A stretch of DNA of 57,511 bases from Patescibacteria group bacterium (GCA_038065815.1 JBBTQF010000021.1:1-57511); one strand, 5' to 3'; shown: positions 1 to 9,660, counted from the first letter of the stretch. Made by a program: numbers and translations. The notes: a model not told the origin generated them from the sequence alone.

Positions 1-2
1 CG

Positions 3-2276
3 GCGGCCCTCGACGATACAGGTGGCGGCACCCTCGATGATGCTGATGGACTCGAAATCTCTCCATACCTGCACGAGCAAACGCAACACGCGCTTGAGGA
101 GGCGTATGAGACAGCCGTGCGTTTCAAGAATGATGAGATTTCGCCGTTGCATCTGTTTATTGGGGCTCTCACAACCGACGACGCCTCGCGGTTATTCGCG
201 CGTCTAGATATTTCATTTGAACAGGTCAAAGAGCCGCTTCTGCGTCGCCTCACCGCCCAACCAACGGCTGGCACTCCACGCATGGGCGAGTCGGCACAGG
301 AAGTGGTTTTGCAATCCGTCGCTTTTTCTCTCTCACACGGGCGTAAAAAAATTACGCCGATTGAGCTTATCATGGCGGCATACGATAATGATCCCTTTTT
401 GCAAGACTTACTTTTTAGCAAAAAAATTGAGCGTCAAGATTTTGAAAACGTTGTGGCTTGGGTGCGGGTGAGTGATGAGTTTGCTCGTCGCGCGCGAGCA
501 TTTTCAAAAGCCGCATCTCGCAAGCCAAAAGGTGCCATGAATCGTGCATACACATCGGTTATCACACCATTTCTTGATGCGCTCTCCGAGGATTTGACGC
601 GTGCCGCCGCCTACGGTCGTTTTCCAATACTAGTCAATCGTGAGCAAGAAATGAAGGCGATTTTGCGCGCGATTGAAGGTGGCTATCAAAGCGTTGTGCT
701 CGTTGGTGAGACTGGCGTTGGCAAGGAGGCTCTCATCACAGGGCTTGCGGATCGTATGGTAGAGGAACGCGTGCCTGCCATTTTGCAGGATAAGCGTCTG
801 GTACGCCTTTCGCTCCCGCATCTTGTCAGTGGTACTAGCGGTACTGAATCAGAGATGCGACTTCTCCAAGCTCTGCGCGAGATCGGCATGTCAGGCAACA
901 TCATCACAGTCGTAAAGGATATTGATCAGATGATCGGCACTGGACTCGATTTATCTGCGGTGCTCGCTTCCGAGCTCGACAAGCACTATACGTTTGTTAT
1001 CGCCACTACTACACCAGAGGCGTATGTTACGCGTGTTGAACGATCTGTACTCGGCCAGAAACTTATAAAAATTCCTATTACTGAACCGAGTGTTAATGAA
1101 GCGATTTTAGTGCTTGAGTCCAAAATTCCTGCCATTGAGTATCAACAGCGCGTTTTGTTTACCTATCAAGCTGTTTCGGCGTGTGTGCATTTTTCGGCGC
1201 GCTATTTGCACGAGCGTTTTTTGCCAGAGAAGGCGATTGAGCTCGCGCAGGAAGTGGCACTTGCTGTGCGACAAGGGAAGGGAGAACGCGCGCGAGTGAC
1301 GGCCGAGGATGTGGCAGAGATCGTGAGTGAGAAGTCGCATGTGCCGGTCACGGAAGTCTCATCAGACGAAAAAGAGACGCTCCTCAACATGGAGAATCGT
1401 TTGCATGAGCGCGTGATTGGCCAAGATGAGGCGATTAACGCCATCAGCTCGGCTTTGCGTCGCGCCCGCACAGCACTGCGGTCGGAGGATCGTCCAATCG
1501 CGACGTTTTTATTTCTTGGGCCGACTGGTGTTGGAAAGACAGAGCTGGCAAAAACTGTTTCCGAGGTGTATTTCGGCAGTGAGGACGCTATGGTGCGGTT
1601 TGATATGTCCGAGTTTCAGGGAGCAGAAGCTATTGAACGTCTGATCGGCGGGCCAGGACACGGCGGACTTCTCACAGAGGCGGTTCGTCAAAAACCGTTT
1701 GCGCTCTTACTGCTTGATGAGTTTGAGAAGGCTCATCCAGAAGTTCTTAATCTGTTTTTGCAGGTCATGGACGACGGCCGTCTTTCTGACGGCGCGGGTC
1801 GCCGGATTGATTTTACAAACGTGATTCTCATTGCCACATCCAACGCTGGTTCGGCGTACATTCAAGAAGCTGTACGGGCTGGAACTCCTATTGAGGAGAT
1901 TAAAGCGCGCCTCATTAATGAAGAGCTTAAAACTATGTATCGTCCGGAGCTCCTGAATCGTTTTGATGGGACGATTGTGCTAAAACCGCTTGGGATTGAT
2001 GAGGTAATTCAAATTGCATATTTATTGCTCGCAAAAGTTGCCGAGCGGTTGCAGGCAAAAGGAATTGCCTTGCGGATGGAAGATGCGGCGGTTGAGGAGA
2101 TTGCGAAAAAGGGATTTGATCCGCAATTTGGTGCACGGCCGTTGCGACGCGTGATTCAGGAGAGTGTTGATAATGCGATTGCGAATTTGATTTTGAAAGG
2201 CGAGGTTGGACGACGTGACACACTTGTAATCAAAGCTGGCGGTGTGGTGGAGATTGAGAAGGCACCTGAACTTTGA
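3..2276 (+). CDS. Clp/Hsp100-family AAA+ ATPase (ClpA/B/C-like), 5' end off-window
   Basis: The frame is open from nt 3, upstream of the listed 117 start (..ISPYLHEQTQHALEEAYETAVRFKNDEISPLHLF.. reads as a Clp_N repeat). The second ATPase module is canonical: GPTGVGKTELAK, LLLLDEFEKAH, GARPLRR. The first module is divergent: GETGVGKE, VVKDID. Confidence 0.85.
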   Translation, partial: AALDDTGGGTLDDADGLEISPYLHEQTQHALEEAYETAVRFKNDEISPLHLFIGALTTDDASRLFARLDISFEQVKEPLLRRLTAQPTAGTPRMGESAQEVVLQSVAFSLSHGRKKITPIELIMAAYDNDPFLQDLLFSKKIERQDFENVVAWVRVSDEFARRARAFSKAASRKPKGAMNRAYTSVITPFLDALSEDLTRAAAYGRFPILVNREQEMKAILRAIEGGYQSVVLVGETGVGKEALITGLADRMVEERVPAILQDKRLVRLSLPHLVSGTSGTESEMRLLQALREIGMSGNIITVVKDIDQMIGTGLDLSAVLASELDKHYTFVIATTTPEAYVTRVERSVLGQKLIKIPITEPSVNEAILVLESKIPAIEYQQRVLFTYQAVSACVHFSARYLHERFLPEKAIELAQEVALAVRQGKGERARVTAEDVAEIVSEKSHVPVTEVSSDEKETLLNMENRLHERVIGQDEAINAISSALRRARTALRSEDRPIATFLFLGPTGVGKTELAKTVSEVYFGSEDAMVRFDMSEFQGAEAIERLIGGPGHGGLLTEAVRQKPFALLLLDEFEKAHPEVLNLFLQVMDDGRLSDGAGRRIDFTNVILIATSNAGSAYIQEAVRAGTPIEEIKARLINEELKTMYRPELLNRFDGTIVLKPLGIDEVIQIAYLLLAKVAERLQAKGIALRMEDAAVEEIAKKGFDPQFGARPLRRVIQESVDNAIANLILKGEVGRRDTLVIKAGGVVEIEKAPEL

Positions 2277-2278
2277 GT

Positions 2279-3319
2279 ATGGAGATGTTATTAATTGGCA
2301 TAGCGTCTTTTGTTCTATCTGCAGTGTTGACGCGATTGATGATAGTTGTGGCAAAGCATTTTAATATCCTTGATCGTCCGACGGGAGAACTTAAAAAACA
2401 TCACACCTGCGCCGTCCCACTGATGGGTGGCGTGGCGATTTTTGTCACGATTGCGCTACTCGTGATGAGCTTGCTCGCGACCAGCGACGCGCTGACGTTC
2501 GGTCTCATGGATAATCAGCATTTCGTTGGCTTCTTGCTCGGCGGTCTCATCCTAATAATTGGTGGCATCTTCGATGATCGCTTTACACTGCCACCGCGTG
2601 TAACAATTTTGTTTCCGCTTGCGGCCGCGCTCGTGGCGGTTCTGTTCGGGATCGGTGTGTCCAAACTCTCTAACCCGTTTGGTGATCCGATTGAGCTCTC
2701 ATCACTTGCAAGTGGTAGTCTCACATTCGTATGGTTATTGCTAGTGATGTATACGACCAAATTTTTGGATGGTCTTGATGGCCTTGCAACTAGCATCTCG
2801 GCGATTGGTGTGTTCTTCATAACGCTTCTTGCTTTAACAGCCGTCTATTTTCAGCCGGATGCCGCCCTTTTTGGTGCCATCTCTCTGGGAGCGTTATTGG
2901 GTTTTTTTGTTTGGAATGTACATCCAGCAAAAATTTTTCTCGGCGAGGGCGGTAGTACATTCGTAGGCTACACACTTGGCGTTCTCGCGGTGATTGCAGG
3001 AAGTAAACTTGGGACGGCTCTGCTCGTTGTGTCCATACCATTTTTGGATGTATTGTGGGTCATTGGACGGCGTGTGCTCGTTGAGCATCGCTCGCCAGCA
3101 AAAGGTGATCGTAAGCACTTGCACCACCGTCTCCTTGACATGGGGTTCGGGCAAAGAGCTATCGTTTTCTGGTATGCTGTAGTCGCTGGAATGGCAGGGT
3201 TAGCCGCGCTCTCATTGCAGAGCCAGCAAAAAGTTTTGATGTTTGGAGCTCTTGTTGTCGGCATGATCGCGCTTGCTGTCGTAATCGTTCGAGCAAGCCG
3301 AACGCAGAGGTCTTTATGA
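2279..3319 (+). CDS. polyprenyl-phosphate N-acetylhexosamine-1-phosphate transferase (WecA/MraY family)
   Basis: Multi-pass hydrophobic protein with the family motifs GGIFDDRF, KFLDGLDGLA, FLGEGGSTFVGY and HLHHRLL. The start is ATG 2279, or TTG 2273 overlapping the clp stop. Confidence 0.8.
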   Translation: MEMLLIGIASFVLSAVLTRLMIVVAKHFNILDRPTGELKKHHTCAVPLMGGVAIFVTIALLVMSLLATSDALTFGLMDNQHFVGFLLGGLILIIGGIFDDRFTLPPRVTILFPLAAALVAVLFGIGVSKLSNPFGDPIELSSLASGSLTFVWLLLVMYTTKFLDGLDGLATSISAIGVFFITLLALTAVYFQPDAALFGAISLGALLGFFVWNVHPAKIFLGEGGSTFVGYTLGVLAVIAGSKLGTALLVVSIPFLDVLWVIGRRVLVEHRSPAKGDRKHLHHRLLDMGFGQRAIVFWYAVVAGMAGLAALSLQSQQKVLMFGALVVGMIALAVVIVRASRTQRSL

Positions 3320-3801
3320 ATAAACGGAGGTGGATATTCGTCCTTACTCTGTTGGTGACGCTCATCGTCATCGTTTATGTTTTTATATTTGCGCAGGTTG
3401 GCGAGACGAGTCAGCAGAGTCTGGCAATAGCTCGCGTACAGTTTTCAACAGGGCATGAAATTTTAGTAGAGGTTGCTGATGCTTTGAGTGAACAGGTGCA
3501 AGGTCTTTCATTTCGCCAAGGCCTTGAGGATGATAAGGGAATGTTGTTCACATACGACGAAAAAGATGAGCGGTTGTTTTGGATGAAGGACATGCTATTT
3601 TCAATTGATATAATATGGATCGTTGACAGCGTGATTGTTGGCGTAGAGCGTGAGGTACCACCGACCGGAGTAAACGAGACGCCAAAAATTTATGTCTCAC
3701 CTGTAGATGTTGACATGGTACTCGAGGTACCGGCAGGCTGGATGAGTCTGCAAGGCATCGAGGTCGGAGCGCATATTAAAGTAACAGACGTCCGCGAGTA
3801 A
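3316..3801 (+). CDS. DUF192-like secreted/membrane-anchored protein
   Basis: N-terminal TM/signal segment. GLSFRQGLEDDKGMLFTY...LFWMKDMLFSIDIIWI...VLEVPAGW matches my memory of the DUF192 pattern. ATGA overlap with the upstream gene. Confidence 0.7.
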   Translation: MNKRRWIFVLTLLVTLIVIVYVFIFAQVGETSQQSLAIARVQFSTGHEILVEVADALSEQVQGLSFRQGLEDDKGMLFTYDEKDERLFWMKDMLFSIDIIWIVDSVIVGVEREVPPTGVNETPKIYVSPVDVDMVLEVPAGWMSLQGIEVGAHIKVTDVRE

Positions 3802-3819
3802 GCGGACGTCCTTTTGTTT
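3787..3819 (+). terminator. intrinsic terminator hairpin
   Basis: GACGTCCGC-GAGTAA-GCGGACGTC is a perfect 9-bp stem followed by CTTTTGTTT. It overlaps the stop codon of the 3316..3801 ORF and lies between convergent genes. Confidence 0.7.
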
Positions 3820-3832
3820 CCTTTGCTGGCGT

Positions 3833-4594
3833 CTAAAAAAGGACGAGGTAGATGAGAAAAAATGCGATGGAGATGGCCACAGTGAGGCCAGCGATCAGTA
3901 ACAGCTCCTTATGCGCATCGTTCTGCGGTAGTTGAAACAGAGCGTTGTATGCGCGAGCAAGTCGCGCCACTTCCCACGGGTTGTTCGTAGGTTCTACGGC
4001 GACCGTTTCCAGCTTTGGGATACGATGAAGGTGGTCCGCGTCCATCTCTCCCAGTTGCGTCGCGTTTTGTCGTTGCGTATTTTCAGGCAGAGCGACGAGG
4101 GTCATGCCTGCTGGAAGGCTTTCATTTTGCACCAGTTCATAGTCATCATCAGCCGACAGATGATACCCTGAAAGCTGGTGGAAGTTTACACATCGGCCTG
4201 CCTCACCGATGCCATCGAGCGAGCCCGACGTGACCATGAAGAGAGGGCGAAGGGCATTGCGCAGTCGGAAGTCGAAAATGTGGTCCAGGTTTTCCGGATT
4301 CTCGAGTGCTAGGAAACAGCGTGCGCCTTGCTTGTAGCTTCTGTGATCCACGCGTTGCACCAGCTCTTCGAATTCTGCGTTGAGTTGCTGTCTCGGATAG
4401 AAGGCGTTGCGGATCACTCTCATGTCGTGAGTCGTACGTTCTCCATCGAATGGTTCGATGAGAAACCAGATGAAGAATTTGGCCGGTTTGGCTTCCAGCG
4501 CGCCGGAGAGCAAACCAGGCCATGTCCCGTTGATAAGGGCGAACTTCCACTTGTTCGTTTCCGCTCGCGGTTCCTTCCAGTTTTTTTCGCTCAT
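3833..4594 (-). CDS. hypothetical protein with C-terminal membrane anchor
   Basis: 253-aa ORF with a single hydrophobic C-terminal segment (LLLIAGLTVAISIAFFLIYLVLF). I recognise no family motif. Confidence 0.5.
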   Translation of the reverse strand: MSEKNWKEPRAETNKWKFALINGTWPGLLSGALEAKPAKFFIWFLIEPFDGERTTHDMRVIRNAFYPRQQLNAEFEELVQRVDHRSYKQGARCFLALENPENLDHIFDFRLRNALRPLFMVTSGSLDGIGEAGRCVNFHQLSGYHLSADDDYELVQNESLPAGMTLVALPENTQRQNATQLGEMDADHLHRIPKLETVAVEPTNNPWEVARLARAYNALFQLPQNDAHKELLLIAGLTVAISIAFFLIYLVLF

Positions 4595-4623
4595 GGTTAC
4601 TCCAGTGGATTTAACTTTACGGC

Positions 4624-4652
4624 TTGACGGGCATATTTGTCAATGCTATTGT
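4624..4652 (+). promoter_or_regulatory. candidate sigma70-type promoter for rplU
   Basis: TTGACG (4624-4629), a 17-nt spacer, then TATTGT (4647-4652), about 25 nt upstream of the rplU ATG. Confidence 0.4.
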
Positions 4653-4677
4653 GCCAGCACATTAAATATTTGTTGGT

Positions 4678-4986
4678 ATGTTTGCAGTGATTAAGACAGG
4701 TGGAAAACAGTATATTGTCCGCGAAGGGCAGGAGATTAAAGTTGAAAAAATCGAACTTGATGTGGGTAAATCTTTTGACATGGACGCTCTACTCATCGCA
4801 GATGATGAGGGGAATGAAGTGAAGGTCGGCCTACCACATATTGCAGGGGTCAAGATCAGCGCGCAAGTCGTCGAACACGGTCGCGCTGACAAAAAGCGCG
4901 TGGTAAAGTTTAAGGCGAAGTCGCGTTATCGTCGTCACACATCACATCGTCAACCGTTCACAAAAATCAAGATCGGAAAGATTTAG
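4678..4986 (+). CDS. rplU: 50S ribosomal protein L21
   Basis: MFAVIKTGGKQYIVREGQEIKVEKI... is the typical L21 N-terminus, and the ~100-aa length fits. Confidence 0.9.
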   Translation: MFAVIKTGGKQYIVREGQEIKVEKIELDVGKSFDMDALLIADDEGNEVKVGLPHIAGVKISAQVVEHGRADKKRVVKFKAKSRYRRHTSHRQPFTKIKIGKI

Positions 4987-5585
4987 ATTTCTTTTCGCCC
5001 CATCATCGCTTCGCCGAGAGTTATTTCATCCGCGAATTCGAGATCAGCACCAAGCGGTAAACCTCGCGCGAGTTTTGTCGCACGACGTCCGTGTTTGTGA
5101 ATCTGTTTTGCGAGATAGAGCATCGTTGTCTCACCGTGCACGTTTGGACTAAACGCAAGGATGACTTCCTTGAGCTCTGGTGAGTTGGCAACGCGTGCTA
5201 GCAGTTCATGGATATGCAAGACATCTGGCGTAACTCCTTCCACTGGATTTAGAAGTCCGCCAAGTACAAAATAGTGGCCGTGATACGTGCCAGTGAGTTC
5301 AATCGTGGAGATGTCACGTGGCTCTGCGACCACGCACAGCACATCGGTTCGACGCTTCGAATCCTCGCACAACTCGCACAATGTTCGCTCGGAGTACGTT
5401 TTACAGAGTTTACACACCGTAATTTCCTTACTCAAGTTCATGATTGATCTGGAAAAATGTTCGAGCTCTACTTGCGGGAGTCGCAAGAGCGCAAAGACAT
5501 AACGTAGGGCCGTTTTTGGTCCTACGCCAGGCAGTTGCGAAAATGCTGCAACAAGATTATGGATCGGTGCCGGAAATTTCCTCAC
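4983..5585 (-). CDS. recR: recombination protein RecR
   Basis: HhH-like QLPGVGPKTALRYVF, C4 zinc finger CKLCKTYSERTLCELC, and a Toprim-like VVAEPRDISTIE segment. Sits in the ybaB-recR arrangement. Confidence 0.9.
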   Translation of the reverse strand: MRKFPAPIHNLVAAFSQLPGVGPKTALRYVFALLRLPQVELEHFSRSIMNLSKEITVCKLCKTYSERTLCELCEDSKRRTDVLCVVAEPRDISTIELTGTYHGHYFVLGGLLNPVEGVTPDVLHIHELLARVANSPELKEVILAFSPNVHGETTMLYLAKQIHKHGRRATKLARGLPLGADLEFADEITLGEAMMGRKEI

Positions 5586-5881
5586 ATCCCAAAATTTTTA
5601 AACGCATCAAGTCCTCCCATTTCCTTCATTTTTCCCGCCATCTCTTTCTGCACTTTTTTTACGGCCTCGTTCGTCGCCTCTCTGATAGCTTCCTGCAGTT
5701 TTGTTTTTTGTGAGAGCAACTCATCATCAATGCGCACGTCGAGGACTTCTTGATTCCCGTTCATCTTTACAACGACTTTGCCCCATGACGCCGAACCCTC
5801 GAGTTGTATCTCGGCTAGAGCCGATTGTATCGTCTTTGCCTGACTACGCAGGTCCTTAATCTGTTTGATTTTGTTGAACAT
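5582..5881 (-). CDS. ybaB: YbaB/EbfC nucleoid-associated protein
   Basis: 99-aa protein (..MNGNQEVLDVRIDDELL..DKTKLQEAI.. type sequence) immediately upstream of recR with a 4-nt overlap. Confidence 0.85.
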   Translation of the reverse strand: MFNKIKQIKDLRSQAKTIQSALAEIQLEGSASWGKVVVKMNGNQEVLDVRIDDELLSQKTKLQEAIREATNEAVKKVQKEMAGKMKEMGGLDAFKNFGM

Positions 5882-5896
5882 AATTTTTTGTTTAGC

Positions 5897-7300
5897 TTAA
5901 AATGCTGGCGGTGGTGGCGGTGGTGGCGGCGGCGGGGCTACTGGCGCCATTTTCATATCAAGATTTTTAAAACTAGCGCGTTTTTCGTCAAAGAAAAGTT
6001 TGACGATGCCAGTCGGGCCATTGCGATGTTTAGCGATGTGGATCTCTGCAATGGAGCGTTCTTCCGGCGCGAGTTCATCTGGACGATACCCCTTATCAGC
6101 AGCTTTACGATATATAAAGAGGACGACGTCAGCATCCTGTTCAATACTACCAGACTCGCGCAAGTGAGCGAGTTTTGGAATTGCCGGCTTGGTTAGTTCA
6201 ACCGCGCGGTTGAGCTGTGACAAACAGAGAATCGGAATGTTGAGCTCGCGCGCGAGTTGCTTCAGACCACGACTCATCTCGGCAACTTCCTGAACGCGAT
6301 TGTCCTGGTTCCTATATCCTCCACGGCCTTCCATTAGCTGTAGATAGTCAATTACAAGCAATCCTAATCCATGCTCTGCCTGCAAGCGTCGCGCTTTGGT
6401 GCGTATTTCCATAATGCTCGTGCCTGCCGTGTCATCAATGTAAATCGGCGCTTCAGACAGAATGCCGAGGGCGTTGCCGATGCGCGGAAAATCATCGTCA
6501 CGCTCCGAGAGTCGGCCGGTGCGCAGGCGCCATAAGTCTATGTTCGCCTCGGCGCAAATCAAGCGATCGACGAGTTGTTCCTTTGACATCTCAAGGCTGA
6601 ATAGTCCAACAGGTTTTTTTGTTTTTACAGCGGCGTTACGTGCGATATCAAGTGCCAGAGATGTTTTTCCAACCGATGGTCGTGCCGCAAGAATGATCAG
6701 ATCCGACGGTTGCAGGCCAGCCAACACATTGTCGAGTTCGGAAAATCCGGTCGGCAAACCGCGTAGTTTTCCGCGTTCCCGATGTAGTTCATCAATGCGC
6801 TCAAATGCTTCCGTCAGCACATCACGCAGTGGTGCGAAGGTTTGCTTTAAAAACTTTTTTGATACATTGAACAACGATTGTTCCGCCTCATCAAGCACAA
6901 TTTCCGTATCCTCCTCTTCGTTGTAGCCGAGCTCGGCGATTTTGCTTGCCGCCGACAGCAGGCGTCGTAGCGTGGCTTTTTTTTGAATAATTTTTGCGTA
7001 GTGCACGACGTTCCCAGCCGTGGCAATTGTATTGGTGAGCTCTGCAATCGCTGAACGTCCACCAATTGACTGTAGCTGATTTTTTTCCTCCAGCCGATTC
7101 CCGAGAGAGAGCAGATCAATCGGCTCGTGCTTCGCGTACAAGTCCATAACCGCCTCAAACATGATGCGGTGCGCGTCCTTGTAAAAATCATCAGCATGCA
7201 GGAGGTCTGCGATTTTTATGAGCGCCTCTGGATCAATCAGCAAACAGCCTAGCAGTGATTGCTCGGCCTCAAGGTTCTGTGGGGGGATGCGATTTTTCAT
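5897..7300 (-). CDS. dnaB: replicative DNA helicase DnaB with poly-proline C-terminal tail
   Basis: PPQNLEAEQSLLGCLL N-terminal motif, Walker A ARPSVGKTSLAL, Walker B LLVIDYLQLM, then a RecA-like core. Preferred start is MKNRIPPQ (7300); the ORF extends to 7321. Confidence 0.9.
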   Translation of the reverse strand: MKNRIPPQNLEAEQSLLGCLLIDPEALIKIADLLHADDFYKDAHRIMFEAVMDLYAKHEPIDLLSLGNRLEEKNQLQSIGGRSAIAELTNTIATAGNVVHYAKIIQKKATLRRLLSAASKIAELGYNEEEDTEIVLDEAEQSLFNVSKKFLKQTFAPLRDVLTEAFERIDELHRERGKLRGLPTGFSELDNVLAGLQPSDLIILAARPSVGKTSLALDIARNAAVKTKKPVGLFSLEMSKEQLVDRLICAEANIDLWRLRTGRLSERDDDFPRIGNALGILSEAPIYIDDTAGTSIMEIRTKARRLQAEHGLGLLVIDYLQLMEGRGGYRNQDNRVQEVAEMSRGLKQLARELNIPILCLSQLNRAVELTKPAIPKLAHLRESGSIEQDADVVLFIYRKAADKGYRPDELAPEERSIAEIHIAKHRNGPTGIVKLFFDEKRASFKNLDMKMAPVAPPPPPPPPPPAF

Positions 7301-7365
7301 ATGCGTGCCTATCTTAACCACAGATCTATTCGCGTGGAAGAGGAGAAACTGGGTATAATCTGTTA

Positions 7366-8478
7366 ATGCTATATATTCGATTTATTCGGGCCGTGGTTAT
7401 CATGATTGCGACGATTCTTGGTTTGGGCATCCTCGGATTGCCACTTGTTTTTGCGCGGGCGGGCTACGGCATTGGGTTAGTTGAGCTGATCCTTGTTGGC
7501 GTATCAATGACCTGTCTATATCTTATGTATGCCGAGATGACACTCGATGTCAGAGGAAAAAATCGTTATGCCGGTTATATGCGACAGTTACTCGGAGCTC
7601 GAGCAGGGGTCATTGCAGGTGTCCTGTTTATGATCAGCATGTTCGGCGGTATGTTGCCTTTTCTCATTGTAACAGGTCCGTTTTTGCAGGGACTGTTTGG
7701 GGTCAATGTCTTGACTGGCTCAATTATCATGTGGTTGCTAGCCTCGACTATGATGTTTGGAGGGATGCGATTTGTCGTACGTGCAGAGTTTGGAATTATT
7801 TTGAGTCTGACTGTTGTCTATTTACTCTTGATGATTTTTAGTTTCCCACACGTTGATTGGATAAATGTGCGGTGGAGTAGTGATCCGCAAGCGACGCTGT
7901 TACCCATCGGTGTTATCCTGTTTGCCCTTGGTGGCATTGGCGCGATTCCTGAAATGCACGACCTGCTTGGACGCGAGCGAAAAAAAATTCGTAAAGCAAT
8001 TATCGTTGCCATGTCATTTTTAATTGTCCTCTACGCTCTTTTTGCATTGTTTGTTGTTGGCGCGCTAGGTCCAATCGTGTCACAAAATCCACTTCCGATT
8101 CTGGCACAGCTTCTTCCAAAGTCTATTGGCATTCTTGGTCTGCTTGTCGGTACGGTTTCGGCTTTTTCTATCTACACCGTCATTGGCTCGGAACTCATCG
8201 AGACATTCCGAGTTGATTTTGGCTGGAAGAAATTTTCCGCATGGCTTGTCGTGATTACCTTGCCTCTTATAGCTTATCTTGCAGGAGCTCGAGAACTCAC
8301 TGCAGTCATGGGTTTTTTTGGTAGCACTTTTGGCGCGGCAGTTGGCCTCTTTATTGTTGTGGCTTATGGTAAGACAAAAGCACCGCGTCTTGTCCCATTG
8401 TGGGTGCGTTATCCTGTTGGCGCGGTTTTTTTGCTAGGAGCTCTCGTTGAAATCAGCTATACTTTAGGAGTGTTATGA
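7366..8478 (+). CDS. amino-acid-permease-like polytopic membrane transporter
   Basis: 370-aa protein made almost entirely of hydrophobic segments. The GLGILGLPLVFA N-terminal motif resembles amino acid/auxin-type permeases. Confidence 0.55.
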   Translation: MLYIRFIRAVVIMIATILGLGILGLPLVFARAGYGIGLVELILVGVSMTCLYLMYAEMTLDVRGKNRYAGYMRQLLGARAGVIAGVLFMISMFGGMLPFLIVTGPFLQGLFGVNVLTGSIIMWLLASTMMFGGMRFVVRAEFGIILSLTVVYLLLMIFSFPHVDWINVRWSSDPQATLLPIGVILFALGGIGAIPEMHDLLGRERKKIRKAIIVAMSFLIVLYALFALFVVGALGPIVSQNPLPILAQLLPKSIGILGLLVGTVSAFSIYTVIGSELIETFRVDFGWKKFSAWLVVITLPLIAYLAGARELTAVMGFFGSTFGAAVGLFIVVAYGKTKAPRLVPLWVRYPVGAVFLLGALVEISYTLGVL

Positions 8479-8927
8479 GAGCAAGGCGCTTTCTCAAATT
8501 TTGGCTCCTCGATTATGTGACGGCAACGATTGTGAGTATTGCCATCGTGGTTGCGATTGTTTCGTTGTTTGAGATGCCGAATCTGGTGGCGGTTGCCTAC
8601 GTCTACATCCCCATAAACGCCTTGTGGGTCGCGTTCATAGCGTTTCGAGGGATCAAAAAAGAAGCCACGCATCGTTTCCTCATTGCCGGCATCTGGCTTG
8701 GACTTGATGGGGTTGTTGATCTCTTGGTGATCCGATTTTTCTACGGCTTTCAGAATCCATTTGTTGTCATTTTTGGCGTCGCATCGCTCATCACTTATGG
8801 TGTGAAATACTTTGCGATTGTTACTGCGTCGAGTCTTGCCCAGCGAGTTGGAGGCGCATTGCCTTCACCACGTTCAGAGTTAGCAGGGCAACTGTCATCG
8901 GTCCGACGCCGCCGGGAACAGGTGTAA
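8475..8927 (+). CDS. small integral membrane protein
   Basis: ATGA overlap with the upstream permease and several hydrophobic segments. The 3' 107 nt overlap the folD 3' end on the opposite strand. Confidence 0.45.
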   Translation: MRARRFLKFWLLDYVTATIVSIAIVVAIVSLFEMPNLVAVAYVYIPINALWVAFIAFRGIKKEATHRFLIAGIWLGLDGVVDLLVIRFFYGFQNPFVVIFGVASLITYGVKYFAIVTASSLAQRVGGALPSPRSELAGQLSSVRRRREQV

Positions 8928-9660
8928 GAAATCCTGCGATTTTTGCTACAGACGGGTCAACGTCCCCGAGGAGTCCCTCGGGCGTTTTTGTTGTGCCGAC
9001 GTCAATTACGATTGCTCCCGGTTTCACTTGGTTAGCTTTGATGCTATGTGGTTTGCCAAGCGCGACGATGAGGATATCTGCGTTGGAGTAATTGAGTAAT
9101 TGAGTAACTGGGTAATTGACGGATTTAATACCGCGTTCCTTCAGCAACACCATAAGTGGCCTAGCAAAAAATTCTGAACAAATCAGTTGTGCTGTTTTAT
9201 TTCGTACGTCCACACCTGTCGCGTCAATGAGTTTCATAATACCGAGCGCGACTGGCGGAACAAGGCCGGGCTCGCCAGCCCCAAGACGACGTATATTTTC
9301 TGGATGAAAGCCGTCTATATCTTTTAGTGGATCAATTGCTTGCACAACGCGATCTTCATCCTGCGATGGAAGTGGAAATTGTACGAGAATACCATGAATC
9401 TCCGCTCGATGATTTAGCTCGTTGATCTTTGCGACGAGATCATCCGTCGAGATCGAACTTGGATACAAAAATTTCTCAAAGCGAATGCTAACTTCCTCAC
9501 ACGCCTTTTCTTTAAGACTCACATACAGGTGTGATGCCGGATCATTACCAACTAAAATCGCGACCATGCCGGGGCGACTTGGAAGTGTGGCGATCATCGC
9601 CTTTACTTTTGAGCGAATCTTTGTCGCCAGTTGTTTTCCGTCAAGAAGTTGTGCGAGCAT
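8821..9660 (-). CDS. folD: bifunctional methylenetetrahydrofolate dehydrogenase/cyclohydrolase FolD
   Basis: LDGKQLATKIRSKVK..., YVSLKEKACEEV, GFHPENIRRL, and TPVPGGVGPMTVALL at the C-terminus. Confidence 0.9.
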   Translation of the reverse strand: MLAQLLDGKQLATKIRSKVKAMIATLPSRPGMVAILVGNDPASHLYVSLKEKACEEVSIRFEKFLYPSSISTDDLVAKINELNHRAEIHGILVQFPLPSQDEDRVVQAIDPLKDIDGFHPENIRRLGAGEPGLVPPVALGIMKLIDATGVDVRNKTAQLICSEFFARPLMVLLKERGIKSVNYPVTQLLNYSNADILIVALGKPHSIKANQVKPGAIVIDVGTTKTPEGLLGDVDPSVAKIAGFLTPVPGGVGPMTVALLTLNVVKAMRLQLAGQDSTQ

